In this document: in pieces, positions 17,937 through 27,322 of the stretch
Position numbering within the stretch: the first letter of the stretch is position 1
How the letters are laid out: every line of letters starts with the position of its first letter
Made by a program: the position numbers and the translations under genes
The notes under the pieces: generated by a model
Seen by the model: the letters and a program-made list of their open reading frames with translations, nothing else
What the model was told of the DNA's origin: nothing
Databases searched by the model: none
Assembly (NCBI GenBank): GCA_027451365.1
Contig: DAIDJN010000062.1
Coordinates: forward strand, 1 to 49,296
Direction of reading: 5' to 3'
DNA length: 49,296 nt
DNA from: Phycisphaerales bacterium
Lineage (GTDB): Bacteria; Planctomycetota; Phycisphaerae; WQYP01

Positions 17937-19820
17937 ATGATGTTCAGTAACATGCTTGGCGCTGTCACTACAACTTTGCCGGCGGTCAATGCCGCTGTGG
18001 CGAAGATTGGCCATTCCACTGGTGCGCTCATCCATCTTCAACCAGTGGATATCGCCATTCTTGTAATCTATCTGCTGTTTGTGGTGGGCATAGGCGTTGT
18101 TACCGGGCGGGGCACGAAAACCAGCGAAGATTTCTTCCTGTCCGGTCGCGGCATTCCCGCTTGGATCACCGGCTTGGCATTCATATCCGCAAACTTAGGC
18201 GCCTTGGAAGTGATGGGCATGAGCCAGCAGGGTTATGAATATGGCATGATGACGGCCAATTATTATTGGATTGGCGCTATTCCCGCCATGGTCTTCATGG
18301 GTATTGCCATGATGCCGTTCTTTTATGGCAGCAAGGTGCGCAGCGTGCCTGAATTTCTTAAACGCCGCTATAACGAAGGCTCCCGCTTTATAAACGCGTT
18401 CACATTTGCCGTATTTACACCTGCGATTTCAGGCATCAGCATGTATGCCATGGCCGTAGTTTTGCAGGACTTTCTCGGTTGGCATTTTGGTCCGAGCGTC
18501 TGGGTATCGGCAGCTGTCGTATTGGTTTATACCGCATTGGGCGGATTAACCGCGAGTATTTACAATGAAGTATTGCAGTTTTTCCTTATTGTTCTGGGCA
18601 TAGCGCCAATTACCTTTATTGGACTGATCGCCAACCATGGCTGGGGACATTTCAAGCATTGGCTCAATACCCATCAATTACCATTCCTACCGCCAGACCA
18701 GGTTGCCACAATGGCGGTGAAAACGGGTTTGCTGGCGAACCATGCAATGGGCAAATTAAACGCCGCCACACAGCAGGCGGCCACCCATATCACGCAGTTA
18801 CCAGGTAAGCAATGGCTACATACATGGATAGGCACCACGTCAAACAGCACCAACACGCTGCATATCACGTGGCCTGGTATCGTACTTGGATTGGGCTTTG
18901 TGCTTTCATTCTCCTACTGGTGCACCAACTTCCTGGTTGTCCAACGGGCCTTGGCGGCCAAAGATATGAATTCCGCGCAGCGGACTCCGTTGTTGGCGGC
19001 ATTCCCGAAAATGCTTTTTCCGTTCATTGTGATTTTGCCCGGCCTGTTGGCTCTTCCGCTATTGCCACACCTGTTCCCAGGCAACACCAAAATTGGCGGT
19101 CATCTGATTCCGGCGACGGAATCTATTAACAATGTCATGCCGCTGCTTATGGCGAAATATTATCCAGCGGGTCTGCTTGGCCTGGGATTGACTGCATTGA
19201 TGGCATCGTTCATGTCTGGCATGGCGGGCAATGTGACCGCCTTTAACACAGTCTTTACGTATGACCTTTACGGCGTGTTTATCAAACCCAATGCTTCAGA
19301 CAAGCATTATCTGGCGGTGGGCCGCTGGATGACTGTGATTGGCGTACTAATTAGCGTGGGATTTGCGTATGTCGTGCGTGGCCAGTCGGGCATTATGGGT
19401 TACACGCAAACGATTTTTGGTGTAGTAAATGCCCCGCTCATTGCGGTGTTCCTGCTCGGCATGTTCTATAGCCGGACCACCCCTTGGGGCGGTTTCGCCG
19501 GATTGCTGGTGGGCACTGGAACATCCGTGACGCTTTGGATTTTCCGTTCCATAAAGGGTTTGCCCTTGTACCACCATTACCACAATAACACCACAGGCGC
19601 GTTCTGGGGTGCGGTGTGGGCATTTGCCGCCGGTGGTTTGGTTACGATCATCGTCAGTCTGTTCACGCCCAAGCCCGCGGCGGATAAAATGGTTGGACTG
19701 GTGTACTCCATGACTCCCAAGCCGCCCGAAGACGGCCTGATTCCATGGTGGAAAAAGCCCATTGTTCTGGGTGTTCTGGCCCTTGTCTTCACGTTTATTT
19801 TGAACTGGATTTTCTGGTGA
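17937..19820 (+). CDS. Sodium:solute symporter (SSS) family transporter, probably sugar/polyol
   Basis: EDFFLSGR.IP.W, SANLGA.E, SVPEFL..RY, YT.LGG, YWCTNFLVVQRAL, ASFMSG, NTVFTYDLY; many TM helices. GGAG RBS before ATG 17937. Confidence 0.95.
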   Translation: MMFSNMLGAVTTTLPAVNAAVAKIGHSTGALIHLQPVDIAILVIYLLFVVGIGVVTGRGTKTSEDFFLSGRGIPAWITGLAFISANLGALEVMGMSQQGYEYGMMTANYYWIGAIPAMVFMGIAMMPFFYGSKVRSVPEFLKRRYNEGSRFINAFTFAVFTPAISGISMYAMAVVLQDFLGWHFGPSVWVSAAVVLVYTALGGLTASIYNEVLQFFLIVLGIAPITFIGLIANHGWGHFKHWLNTHQLPFLPPDQVATMAVKTGLLANHAMGKLNAATQQAATHITQLPGKQWLHTWIGTTSNSTNTLHITWPGIVLGLGFVLSFSYWCTNFLVVQRALAAKDMNSAQRTPLLAAFPKMLFPFIVILPGLLALPLLPHLFPGNTKIGGHLIPATESINNVMPLLMAKYYPAGLLGLGLTALMASFMSGMAGNVTAFNTVFTYDLYGVFIKPNASDKHYLAVGRWMTVIGVLISVGFAYVVRGQSGIMGYTQTIFGVVNAPLIAVFLLGMFYSRTTPWGGFAGLLVGTGTSVTLWIFRSIKGLPLYHHYHNNTTGAFWGAVWAFAAGGLVTIIVSLFTPKPAADKMVGLVYSMTPKPPEDGLIPWWKKPIVLGVLALVFTFILNWIFW

Positions 19821-19877
19821 TTTCAGGGTGGCGGCCTGATGCCACCGCCCTTACAAAAACTTGCGGAGGTTTACAAA

Positions 19878-20090
19878 ATGATCGATCTTAGACTCCCGAT
19901 TGGTCTGTTTTTTCTTTGTGTAGGCCTGATCATGACCGGCTTCGGTCTTTTTTCCCCACATAATATTCCGCATATCAGCCAGCAGATTAATGTGGATCTG
20001 TACTGGGGCGTGATCCTTCTGCTCTTTGGCGGAGTGATGACGATCTTCGGTATGAAGGGACAAAAGGCCATCAAAGAAGAAGACAAGTAA
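19878..20090 (+). CDS. Small two-TM membrane protein downstream of the SSS symporter
   Basis: MIDLRLPIGLFF...INVDLYWG..LLLFG; GGAGG RBS; two hydrophobic segments. Confidence 0.8.
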   Translation: MIDLRLPIGLFFLCVGLIMTGFGLFSPHNIPHISQQINVDLYWGVILLLFGGVMTIFGMKGQKAIKEEDK

Positions 20091-20478
20091 TTCGCCAGGT
20101 CGGCTGATTTTTTGCGACTGGCCAAACCCGTGGCGGCTGGCGCGTTGACTCTGTGGCATTGGCTGAATACGCTGCTATGCAGGCCAGCCCTGTTCGCCAA
20201 TAAGTCAACGTTTTTCCCAATTCCGCATGCGTATGATGATGTATTGTGAAAGTTTGGCGATATCGTCACGATTCTATTTCACGGTGCGATCGAAAGCCCA
20301 TCCGTCAATTTTTCGCGAAAGATATAAAGAAATAGATATTAACATCCCCTTGCGACGCCGACCACGCTTATCCCATTTGTTGCCTGCGGATATGTTACAC
20401 TTATTCCATTGACCTTTCGGGCTTGGCCGAGATAATTTCGAGCCATGGCAGAAATCATCCGTTCATAAGTTCATCAGT

Positions 20479-22524
20479 TCAGCCGGGCTGCGGAAGTGTG
20501 CCCATTCCGGGAGCCACTGGAGATTCACCAGTCGCGGACAGGCCGCTGGCACCGCTACGCTTCTGTTCAGCGGCCAGCAGTTCACCGACAGTCGGTTTGG
20601 ACAAAGGCTGGCCGGACATCAGGCGTTTGACATCGTCTGCGTCGACGGTTTCATATTTGATAAGGGCGTCCTTTAAATCGGTCAGTTCGCGCTTACGCTC
20701 AACCAGAATGTTGCGAGCTTCCGTATAAGCGGTGGTAATAAGCCGGTGCACTTCGCTATCAATAAGTTCGGCGGTTTTATCGCTGTACTCCCGCGGGCTT
20801 TCAAACCAGTTGGCATTTTCCTCTGGGCCGAAGCGTATCGGGCCAAGCGCATCGCTCATACCAAGCTTACAGACCATTTCGCGCGCAATAGCGCTGGCTT
20901 GTTTAATATCCTGGCTGGCTCCGGAAGAAATCTCGCCAAGATACAGCTCTTCAGCAACGCGGCCGCCGAAAAGAATCCGAAGCTCCGCCAGCAGATACCC
21001 GCGGCTGTGGGTCATGCGTTCCTTTTCCGGCAGGGAAAAAGTGGCTCCGCCGTAAGGCCCACGCGGAATGATGGTCACCTTATGCAGCGGGTCGGCACCA
21101 GGCGCAAAATGCTGAATGACGGCATGGCCAGCTTCGTGCCAGGCGGTTAGAACGCGTTCTTCTTCGTCCACCACGCGGCTTCGCCGTGCCTTGCCAAAGC
21201 GTATCTTGTCCCGTGCTTCCTCCAGATCGGTCATTTCAATTGCTTCCCGATTCAGCATGGTGGCAATAAGCGCGGATTCATTAATAATCGCCGCAAGGTC
21301 CGCCCCGCTGAACATGGGTGTTTGGCGGGCAAGACGCAGCATATCCACATCCGGGCCAAGCTTCACTTTGCGCGCGTGAACCTGAAGAATTTCATAACGG
21401 CCCTTGATATCCGGCAACGGCACCGTCACCTGGCGGTCAAAACGGCCCGGACGGGTCAGTGCCGGGTCCAGAACATCCGACCGATTGGTGGCAGCAATCA
21501 CAATGACCTGATCGTTGGTATCAAACCCGTCCATTTCCACCAGAATCGCATTCAAGGTCTGTTCGCGTTCGTCATGGCCGCCACTGGAAAAGCCATTGCC
21601 CCGGCGACGACCGACAGCGTCAATTTCATCCAGAAATACGATGCAAGGCGAGCTTTCCTTGGCGGTCTTGAACAGATCCCGCACGCGCGAAGCGCCTACG
21701 CCCACAAACATTTCCACAAAATCTGATCCGCTGATGGAAAAGAATGGCACGTCCGCCTCGCCGGCGATCGCCTTGGCCAGCAGAGTTTTACCGACACCGG
21801 GAGAGCCAATCAGCAGCACGCCACGCGGAATCCGTCCGCCCAGCCGCTGAAACCGCCGCGGATTTTTCAGAAATTCCACAATTTCTGAAAGTTCTTCCTT
21901 GGCTTCCTGTATGCCTGCCACATCGTTGAAAGTAACGTTGGTGTGTTCCTTGGAAAGCAACCGATGGCGGCTGCGCCCGAAGTTACCGATCATGCCAATT
22001 CCGCCGCCACCGGACCGAAGTTGGCGCACAAACAGAAAATAGACAATAATGGCCAGGATCAGGTAAGGCAGCATGTCCAGAAAAACATACAACAACTGAT
22101 TGCTCGGGTGATAGTGAAATGTCACGCCATGGGCCGCCATCTGCTGGCTTATTTTATTCCAACCCCAGGCCACAAAACGTCGTGGCTGGCGGGTTGCCAG
22201 TTTCAAGGCAGTGTTGACCGGGTCACCGGGCAGAGGCTTGTTAAGTGTGAAAATAATGCTGCCATCATGATGAAATACCACCGATTTGATGTTGTTGAGT
22301 TGAAGCTGTTTCTGATAGGCATCATAGTTCACCTGCTTGGGTGAAGCTCCGGTTTTCAGCAGCAGCAGCAGAACAGAAACCACCGTAATAATGACCAGCC
22401 AGGTCAAGGTACTGCGGCTCATAAGAAAGCTGTTTTTGTCACGCCCTGGCTTATTTTCCGGCGGGGTTGGTGCGCCGCCGGGAGTTTGTTGATTGCCAGA
22501 AGGGCCTGGTTTGGGGTCCGCCAT
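20479..22524 (-). CDS. ftsH: ATP-dependent zinc metalloprotease FtsH
   Basis: Two TM helices, Walker A GSPGVGKT, Walker [27 protein letters not shown] zinc motif. Confidence 0.98.
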   Translation of the reverse strand: MADPKPGPSGNQQTPGGAPTPPENKPGRDKNSFLMSRSTLTWLVIITVVSVLLLLLKTGASPKQVNYDAYQKQLQLNNIKSVVFHHDGSIIFTLNKPLPGDPVNTALKLATRQPRRFVAWGWNKISQQMAAHGVTFHYHPSNQLLYVFLDMLPYLILAIIVYFLFVRQLRSGGGGIGMIGNFGRSRHRLLSKEHTNVTFNDVAGIQEAKEELSEIVEFLKNPRRFQRLGGRIPRGVLLIGSPGVGKTLLAKAIAGEADVPFFSISGSDFVEMFVGVGASRVRDLFKTAKESSPCIVFLDEIDAVGRRRGNGFSSGGHDEREQTLNAILVEMDGFDTNDQVIVIAATNRSDVLDPALTRPGRFDRQVTVPLPDIKGRYEILQVHARKVKLGPDVDMLRLARQTPMFSGADLAAIINESALIATMLNREAIEMTDLEEARDKIRFGKARRSRVVDEEERVLTAWHEAGHAVIQHFAPGADPLHKVTIIPRGPYGGATFSLPEKERMTHSRGYLLAELRILFGGRVAEELYLGEISSGASQDIKQASAIAREMVCKLGMSDALGPIRFGPEENANWFESPREYSDKTAELIDSEVHRLITTAYTEARNILVERKRELTDLKDALIKYETVDADDVKRLMSGQPLSKPTVGELLAAEQKRSGASGLSATGESPVAPGMGTLPQPG

Positions 22525-22896
22525 GAGTTACCTCTTCAAATTCCGGTTGATCGATCCGCTTGGTCGGGTGGCCGGTCCATGCATTATAGTATGCCAGCCG
22601 GGACAATAAAATCCCGCCTCTCTCTCTTTCTAGACCTCCATGTAATAGCTTATCCGTTATTTTACGGCAAGTTAATCAAGGGATTCTCCCGTTTTTTTGA
22701 AATCGCGATTTTTCCACGCAACCTGACGACACTTCCCGACACGGAGCAATAGCGATCCTGTTGCCGCATTTGGCTGATTAGCATACCATAAATGTCCGGA
22801 AATACCCGGCCGGGCGAGGGTTCGCCGGCGGAGTGAAGAATCGGCGACCACTGGAAACCGGGCATCGCCATAAGACATCGTGGATGGTACAGATTG

Positions 22897-23439
22897 ATGG
22901 CAAACAGCCCGCGGACCGCGTCAAAAGAAACTTTCTGGCGCACTGAAAACAAGCAAATTTTTGTTCATCCACCGGTGATACGCCTTTGGGCCAAGGTGCG
23001 GCTGGTTTCCTCGGTTGTGATCGCCATGCTGGGCGGAGCCTTGGCGGTTATGGCGCTGTTCCGCCCGGATTGGTTCCGCTTTACCAATCCGCAGGCCTCC
23101 CATCTGCTCGCACCCGTTATTCTTTTGCTGGCCGTGGGGCAGATGATGCTGGTTATTAAGTCGGTCCTGGGCTGCCTCGCCGTGGTGCGAGCCGACTGCA
23201 TTAATGTGCGCGGACGGCGCTATACTTGGAAAAACATTACGGATGTGACCATGGACCGTCCGCAAACTGGCTCTGCGGACAAGCCGGCGCTAGTACTGCA
23301 CATTCAGAAGAAAAACAAAATAAAACAAGTGGTAATGGTGCCCGACGGGATGGTGGATCAGGAAGCTTTGGCCCCGCTGTACCATCGGGTGAACCAGATT
23401 CTTAAGCAAGCCCAGGCCAAAATATCAGCGCAAGGCTGA
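22897..23439 (+). CDS. Hypothetical membrane protein (two TM helices plus soluble PH-like C-terminal region)
   Basis: Long ORF with two hydrophobic segments followed by ..RRYTWKNITDV..; start uncertain. Confidence 0.6.
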   Translation: MANSPRTASKETFWRTENKQIFVHPPVIRLWAKVRLVSSVVIAMLGGALAVMALFRPDWFRFTNPQASHLLAPVILLLAVGQMMLVIKSVLGCLAVVRADCINVRGRRYTWKNITDVTMDRPQTGSADKPALVLHIQKKNKIKQVVMVPDGMVDQEALAPLYHRVNQILKQAQAKISAQG

Positions 23440-23517
23440 TGTCGCCACATTTGTTTCCGTCGGCAAGCGTTCGCCGCTTCCGCTCCGCCGGGCAAAGGCT
23501 GTCCTGATTGTGAAGCG

Positions 23518-24258
23518 TTACTTTTTGTCTTTTCCGGTCAGTTTGCGGATCACAATCTGCACCGGGTCATAGTAGCGGTCCACCACTCGCTCTTTCATGG
23601 GAATAATGGCATTGTCCGTGATGTGAATTTCCTCCGGACAGACCTCGGTGCAGCACTTGGTAATGTTGCACAGGCCAAGTCCCGCTTCTTTTTTCAGCAG
23701 TGGAATCCGATCCAGTGAGTCCAACGGGTGCATTTCCAGACTGGCAATTCGCACAAAAAACCGCGGCCCGGCAAACTGCTCTTTTTTGTCATGTTCGCGC
23801 AGAACATGGCATACATTCTGACAGAGGAAGCACTCAATACATTTGCGGAATTCCTGCACGCGGTCGACATCCTCCTGTTTCATCAGCCATTGGGTATCTT
23901 TTTTGGGTGTGAATGGAGGAATCTTTTTATTGACTTTGTAATTCCAGGAAACATCCGTTACCAGGTCGCGCATAATCGGAAAGGCCCGCATCGGATGCAC
24001 GGTGACGGGTTGATCCTCTGGAAGGGAATCGAGCCGCGTTTTACACATCAGCCGTGGTTTGCCATTGACTTCCGCGCTGCAGGAGCCGCATTTGGCAGCC
24101 TTGCAGTTCCAACGGCAGGCGAGGTCCGGTGCCTGCTGACTCTGAATCTGATGGATGGCGTCGAGCACCACCATTCCCTCCTGGACATCCACAGGATAGT
24201 CAACAAATTTTCCGCCCTGGGCATCGCCGCGCCAAACTTTGAATTCGCGCTTACTCAT
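23518..24258 (-). CDS. sdhB: Succinate dehydrogenase/fumarate reductase iron-sulfur subunit
   Basis: CKAAKCGSC..C [2Fe-2S], CIECFLC..VC, CNITKCCTEVCP; ATGA overlap with sdhA. Confidence 0.96.
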   Translation of the reverse strand: MSKREFKVWRGDAQGGKFVDYPVDVQEGMVVLDAIHQIQSQQAPDLACRWNCKAAKCGSCSAEVNGKPRLMCKTRLDSLPEDQPVTVHPMRAFPIMRDLVTDVSWNYKVNKKIPPFTPKKDTQWLMKQEDVDRVQEFRKCIECFLCQNVCHVLREHDKKEQFAGPRFFVRIASLEMHPLDSLDRIPLLKKEAGLGLCNITKCCTEVCPEEIHITDNAIIPMKERVVDRYYDPVQIVIRKLTGKDKK

Positions 24259-25994
24259 TTTTTCTCCTTGGCCTTTCTCTCATCCACCAAAGGCAGAAGG
24301 TCCTGGGCCTTGACTACCGCACAAGGCTGCACATTCATGCGGCCGCCCTGGTCTTCGGAAAGCAGATTATGATCGCTCCAATAATCATCATAGCCCGGGT
24401 AATCCAGACGACTATGAGCGCCGCGGCTTTCCTTGCGAAGCTGCGCCGCCCGTGCAATGGCTTCCGAGCATATCAGCATGTTTTTCAGGTCCCGGCACAG
24501 ATGCCAGCCTGGATTAAACATTCGGTTGCCATCCATTATCCCGACCCGCTGGTAGCGTTCCTTGTATTCCTCCAGCTTGCCGATAGCGGTGGCCAGGTCT
24601 TTGTCTTCACGGAAAATACCCACGAGGTTTTGCATCGTATTTTGAATATCAAGGTGAAGCTGGTACGGGTTTTCGGCGTTTTCGCGGCCAAAATAGCCGG
24701 TCATTTCATTGGCGGCGGCGGCAATTTGTGCCTCATCAAGCCTGGGCGACGGTGCGGATTTGGCATATTCCGCCGCGCCCACACCAGCGCGATAACCGAA
24801 TACCAGAAGATCAGAAAGTGAATTGCCCCCCAGCCGGTTTGCCCCGTGCATTCCGCCGGAGCATTCCCCGGCTGCAAAGAGTCCCGGAACCCGTGTGGCA
24901 CCGGTGGCCGCATCAACCTTCAATCCCCCCATCGCGTAATGGCATGTCGGCCCGACTTCCATTGGCCCCGTGGTAATATCCACATCGGCGAGTTCCTTAA
25001 ACTGATGGTACATGCTGGGCAGTTTCTTTTTGACATATTCCGCACCGCGGTGGGAAATATCCAGGAAGCATCCGCCATGGGGCGACCCGCGACCTTCCTT
25101 GACTTCGGTATAAATGGACCGCGCGACAACATCGCGTGTGGAAAGTTCCATACGTTTGGGGTCGTATTTCTCCATGAATCGTTCACCCCTGCTGTTGCGA
25201 AGAATGCCGCCTTCGCCTCGCACCGCTTCGGTAACCAGCAGCCCCATCACGCCCGGCGGCCAGACCATTCCGGTCGGATGAAACTGAACAAATTCCATAT
25301 CCAGCAGTTGTGCTCCCGCCTGATACCCCAATGCGTGGCCGTCACCAGTGCCTTCCCAGGAATTGGAGGTAATTTTAAAACAACGGCCCAGGCCGCCCGT
25401 GGCCAGAATAATGGATTTAGCCTTGAAAATGACAAACTTGCCGGTTTCCCGCCAGTAGCCGAAAGCGCCGCATACACGGTCGCCGTCTTTCAGCAACTGG
25501 CTGATGGTGCATTCCATGTACACATCAATTCCCTGGTGAATACCTTTGTCCTGCAGGGTGCGAATCAGTTCCAGGCCAGTGCGGTCGCCCACATGGGCAA
25601 GCCGTTTATAGGTGTGCCCGCCGAAGGCGCGTTGCAGAATTTTTCCCTCTGGCGTGCGATCAAAGACCGCGCCCCATTGTTCCAATTCACGTACGCGGTC
25701 GGGCGATTCCTTGGCATGAAATTCCGCCATTCGCCAGTTATTTAGATACTTTCCGCCAAAAAGCGTGTCCTGAAAGTGTGTGGTCCAGCCATCCTGGTTA
25801 TCCACATTGGCAAGCGCCGCGGCGATTCCGCCTTCGGCCATCACGGTGTGTGCCTTGCCTAGAAGCGATTTACAGACCAAGGCTGTTTTCAGTCCGGCTG
25901 CGGAACATTCGATGGCCGCGCGCAAGCCAGCGCCACCCGCGCCGATAATCACCACATCATGTTCGTGTGTTTCGTATTTTTCTAAAGCGTTAAT
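24255..25994 (-). CDS. sdhA: Succinate dehydrogenase/fumarate reductase flavoprotein subunit
   Basis: GAGGAG, AHTVMAEGG (covalent FAD His), QFHPT, EAVRGEGG, HGANRLGGNSL, ESRGAH. First conventional start is GTG 25955; the conserved N-terminus extends to an ATT at 25994. Confidence 0.96.
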   Translation of the reverse strand: MNALEKYETHEHDVVIIGAGGAGLRAAIECSAAGLKTALVCKSLLGKAHTVMAEGGIAAALANVDNQDGWTTHFQDTLFGGKYLNNWRMAEFHAKESPDRVRELEQWGAVFDRTPEGKILQRAFGGHTYKRLAHVGDRTGLELIRTLQDKGIHQGIDVYMECTISQLLKDGDRVCGAFGYWRETGKFVIFKAKSIILATGGLGRCFKITSNSWEGTGDGHALGYQAGAQLLDMEFVQFHPTGMVWPPGVMGLLVTEAVRGEGGILRNSRGERFMEKYDPKRMELSTRDVVARSIYTEVKEGRGSPHGGCFLDISHRGAEYVKKKLPSMYHQFKELADVDITTGPMEVGPTCHYAMGGLKVDAATGATRVPGLFAAGECSGGMHGANRLGGNSLSDLLVFGYRAGVGAAEYAKSAPSPRLDEAQIAAAANEMTGYFGRENAENPYQLHLDIQNTMQNLVGIFREDKDLATAIGKLEEYKERYQRVGIMDGNRMFNPGWHLCRDLKNMLICSEAIARAAQLRKESRGAHSRLDYPGYDDYWSDHNLLSEDQGGRMNVQPCAVVKAQDLLPLVDERKAKEKK

Positions 25995-26800
25995 TAAAAT
26001 ATCCTCACATCATGAATAATGCCCATGCAGCACAGGCGAATGTACAGGTCGGTCAGCCCCACAGAAAACAGACTGATCCACGCCCATTCCTGATGACGCA
26101 GATTAAAAATCGTGACACCCTTCCACAGTTTATACCGGGTACGCGCTGCGCCAGAACAGGTAAAGCAATCCATCTTACCGCCCACCAGGTGCCGCAGTGA
26201 ATTGCAGCCCATGCTGAATCCGGAAAGTGCCACAACATTCACGAGCATGACCAGGCTTCCCAGACCCATGCCAAAATGCAGGTGTTGGCGGTCCGGACCA
26301 TAAAAAAAGAACGCCCGAAACGCGTCAAACCACAGGAACAGAAGCACAACTGTCGCCAGGTAAAAGAAATACCGGTGCAGGTTCTGTAGAAGAAATGGGA
26401 ACGCCGTTTCTCCACGATATTTTCGCCCTTTAGGTTCGCCTACCGCACAAGCCACCGGATCCAGAAAAAAAGCCCGATAGTAAGACTTTCGATAGTAATA
26501 ACAGGTGGCGCGAAATCCGAGCGGTATCCACAATATCAAAAATGCAAATGAGAAAGGCGGTGCAATTCCCAGCAGGTCTTTAACATCCGGGGAATAAAAC
26601 GGTGAAAGATAGTACGCCCCCTTGGTGGTCAGCAGATAGTTTGTTCCCGTCCAGGCAGCCCACGTTGAATACACACCAAACGCGACCAGCCCAAGAAACA
26701 CCATAAGCGGACCAACCCACCAGGCGTCCCGCCGGTCGGTGACACCCAGCCCATGCGGACCGGATTGTACGGAAGGACTGACCACGGATGGATCGGACAT
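25994..26800 (-). CDS. Succinate dehydrogenase membrane anchor, mycobacterial Sdh1C (Rv0249c)-like
   Basis: DAWW..P, YLSPFYSP, GFRATCYYYRKSYYRAF..DP.ACAV.E, QNLHRYF, GCNSLRH, N.RH..WAW.SL; first gene of the sdh operon. Confidence 0.85.
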   Translation of the reverse strand: MSDPSVVSPSVQSGPHGLGVTDRRDAWWVGPLMVFLGLVAFGVYSTWAAWTGTNYLLTTKGAYYLSPFYSPDVKDLLGIAPPFSFAFLILWIPLGFRATCYYYRKSYYRAFFLDPVACAVGEPKGRKYRGETAFPFLLQNLHRYFFYLATVVLLFLWFDAFRAFFFYGPDRQHLHFGMGLGSLVMLVNVVALSGFSMGCNSLRHLVGGKMDCFTCSGAARTRYKLWKGVTIFNLRHQEWAWISLFSVGLTDLYIRLCCMGIIHDVRIF

Positions 26801-26945
26801 ATATTTTCTCTGCTTCCTTGTGTTGGGGCTTGTTTCCCGACTCTGTGCCCGCAGCATAGGTGGCCCGGGGGAATTCAAGAAGGCGGTGGCCACCGCAGGC
26901 GAAGCGGACGATTCAATCGTCCGTAAAACTCATCTTGCCGGTCGA

Positions 26946-26974
26946 ATTCTAGAGATCACCAAAACCACTGTCAA
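26946..26974 (-). promoter_or_regulatory. Near-consensus sigma70 promoter of the sdh operon
   Basis: TTGACA (26974-26969)-N17-TAGAAT (26951-26946). Confidence 0.75.
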
Positions 26975-27322
26975 GCCGCAGACCACACGGTCCCGCTGCC
27001 GCCGCTACGTGCCGATTCAGTCGGCCATGCCTTTCAAACCGCGAAACCAGATTCAACGGGTATCCGTGGTGGCAACGCGGAGTTCATGGAGCTTACCCGC
27101 ACCAGCAACTTCGGCGGCGTGCACATTGTCTTGGACATGTGGTGAAAGTTCAGAATGCCGAGCCGCTTTTCTGTGCCGCATTGATCAATGATCCCGGCGA
27201 AGCCTTTATGCGCCCCCGCCGGAACTGTTTTCGCCCCGATCGCGCAAACCCGGCCGCTTTACGCTAAAATGCTCCTAGCGCGGCGAGGGTATCTCCGCGA
27301 GGCTTTGAGGCTTTTTCAGCTG

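Noticed and set aside
22792..22896. In-frame ATG...TGA upstream of the 22897 membrane protein (readthrough or selenocysteine idea)
   Set aside because: No SECIS-like hairpin or redox motif context; a downstream start explains the gene.
24846..25745. Long antisense ORFs (also 27782-28411, 39998-40873, 42046-42942)
   Set aside because: Shadows of well-supported genes on the opposite strand in GC-rich DNA.
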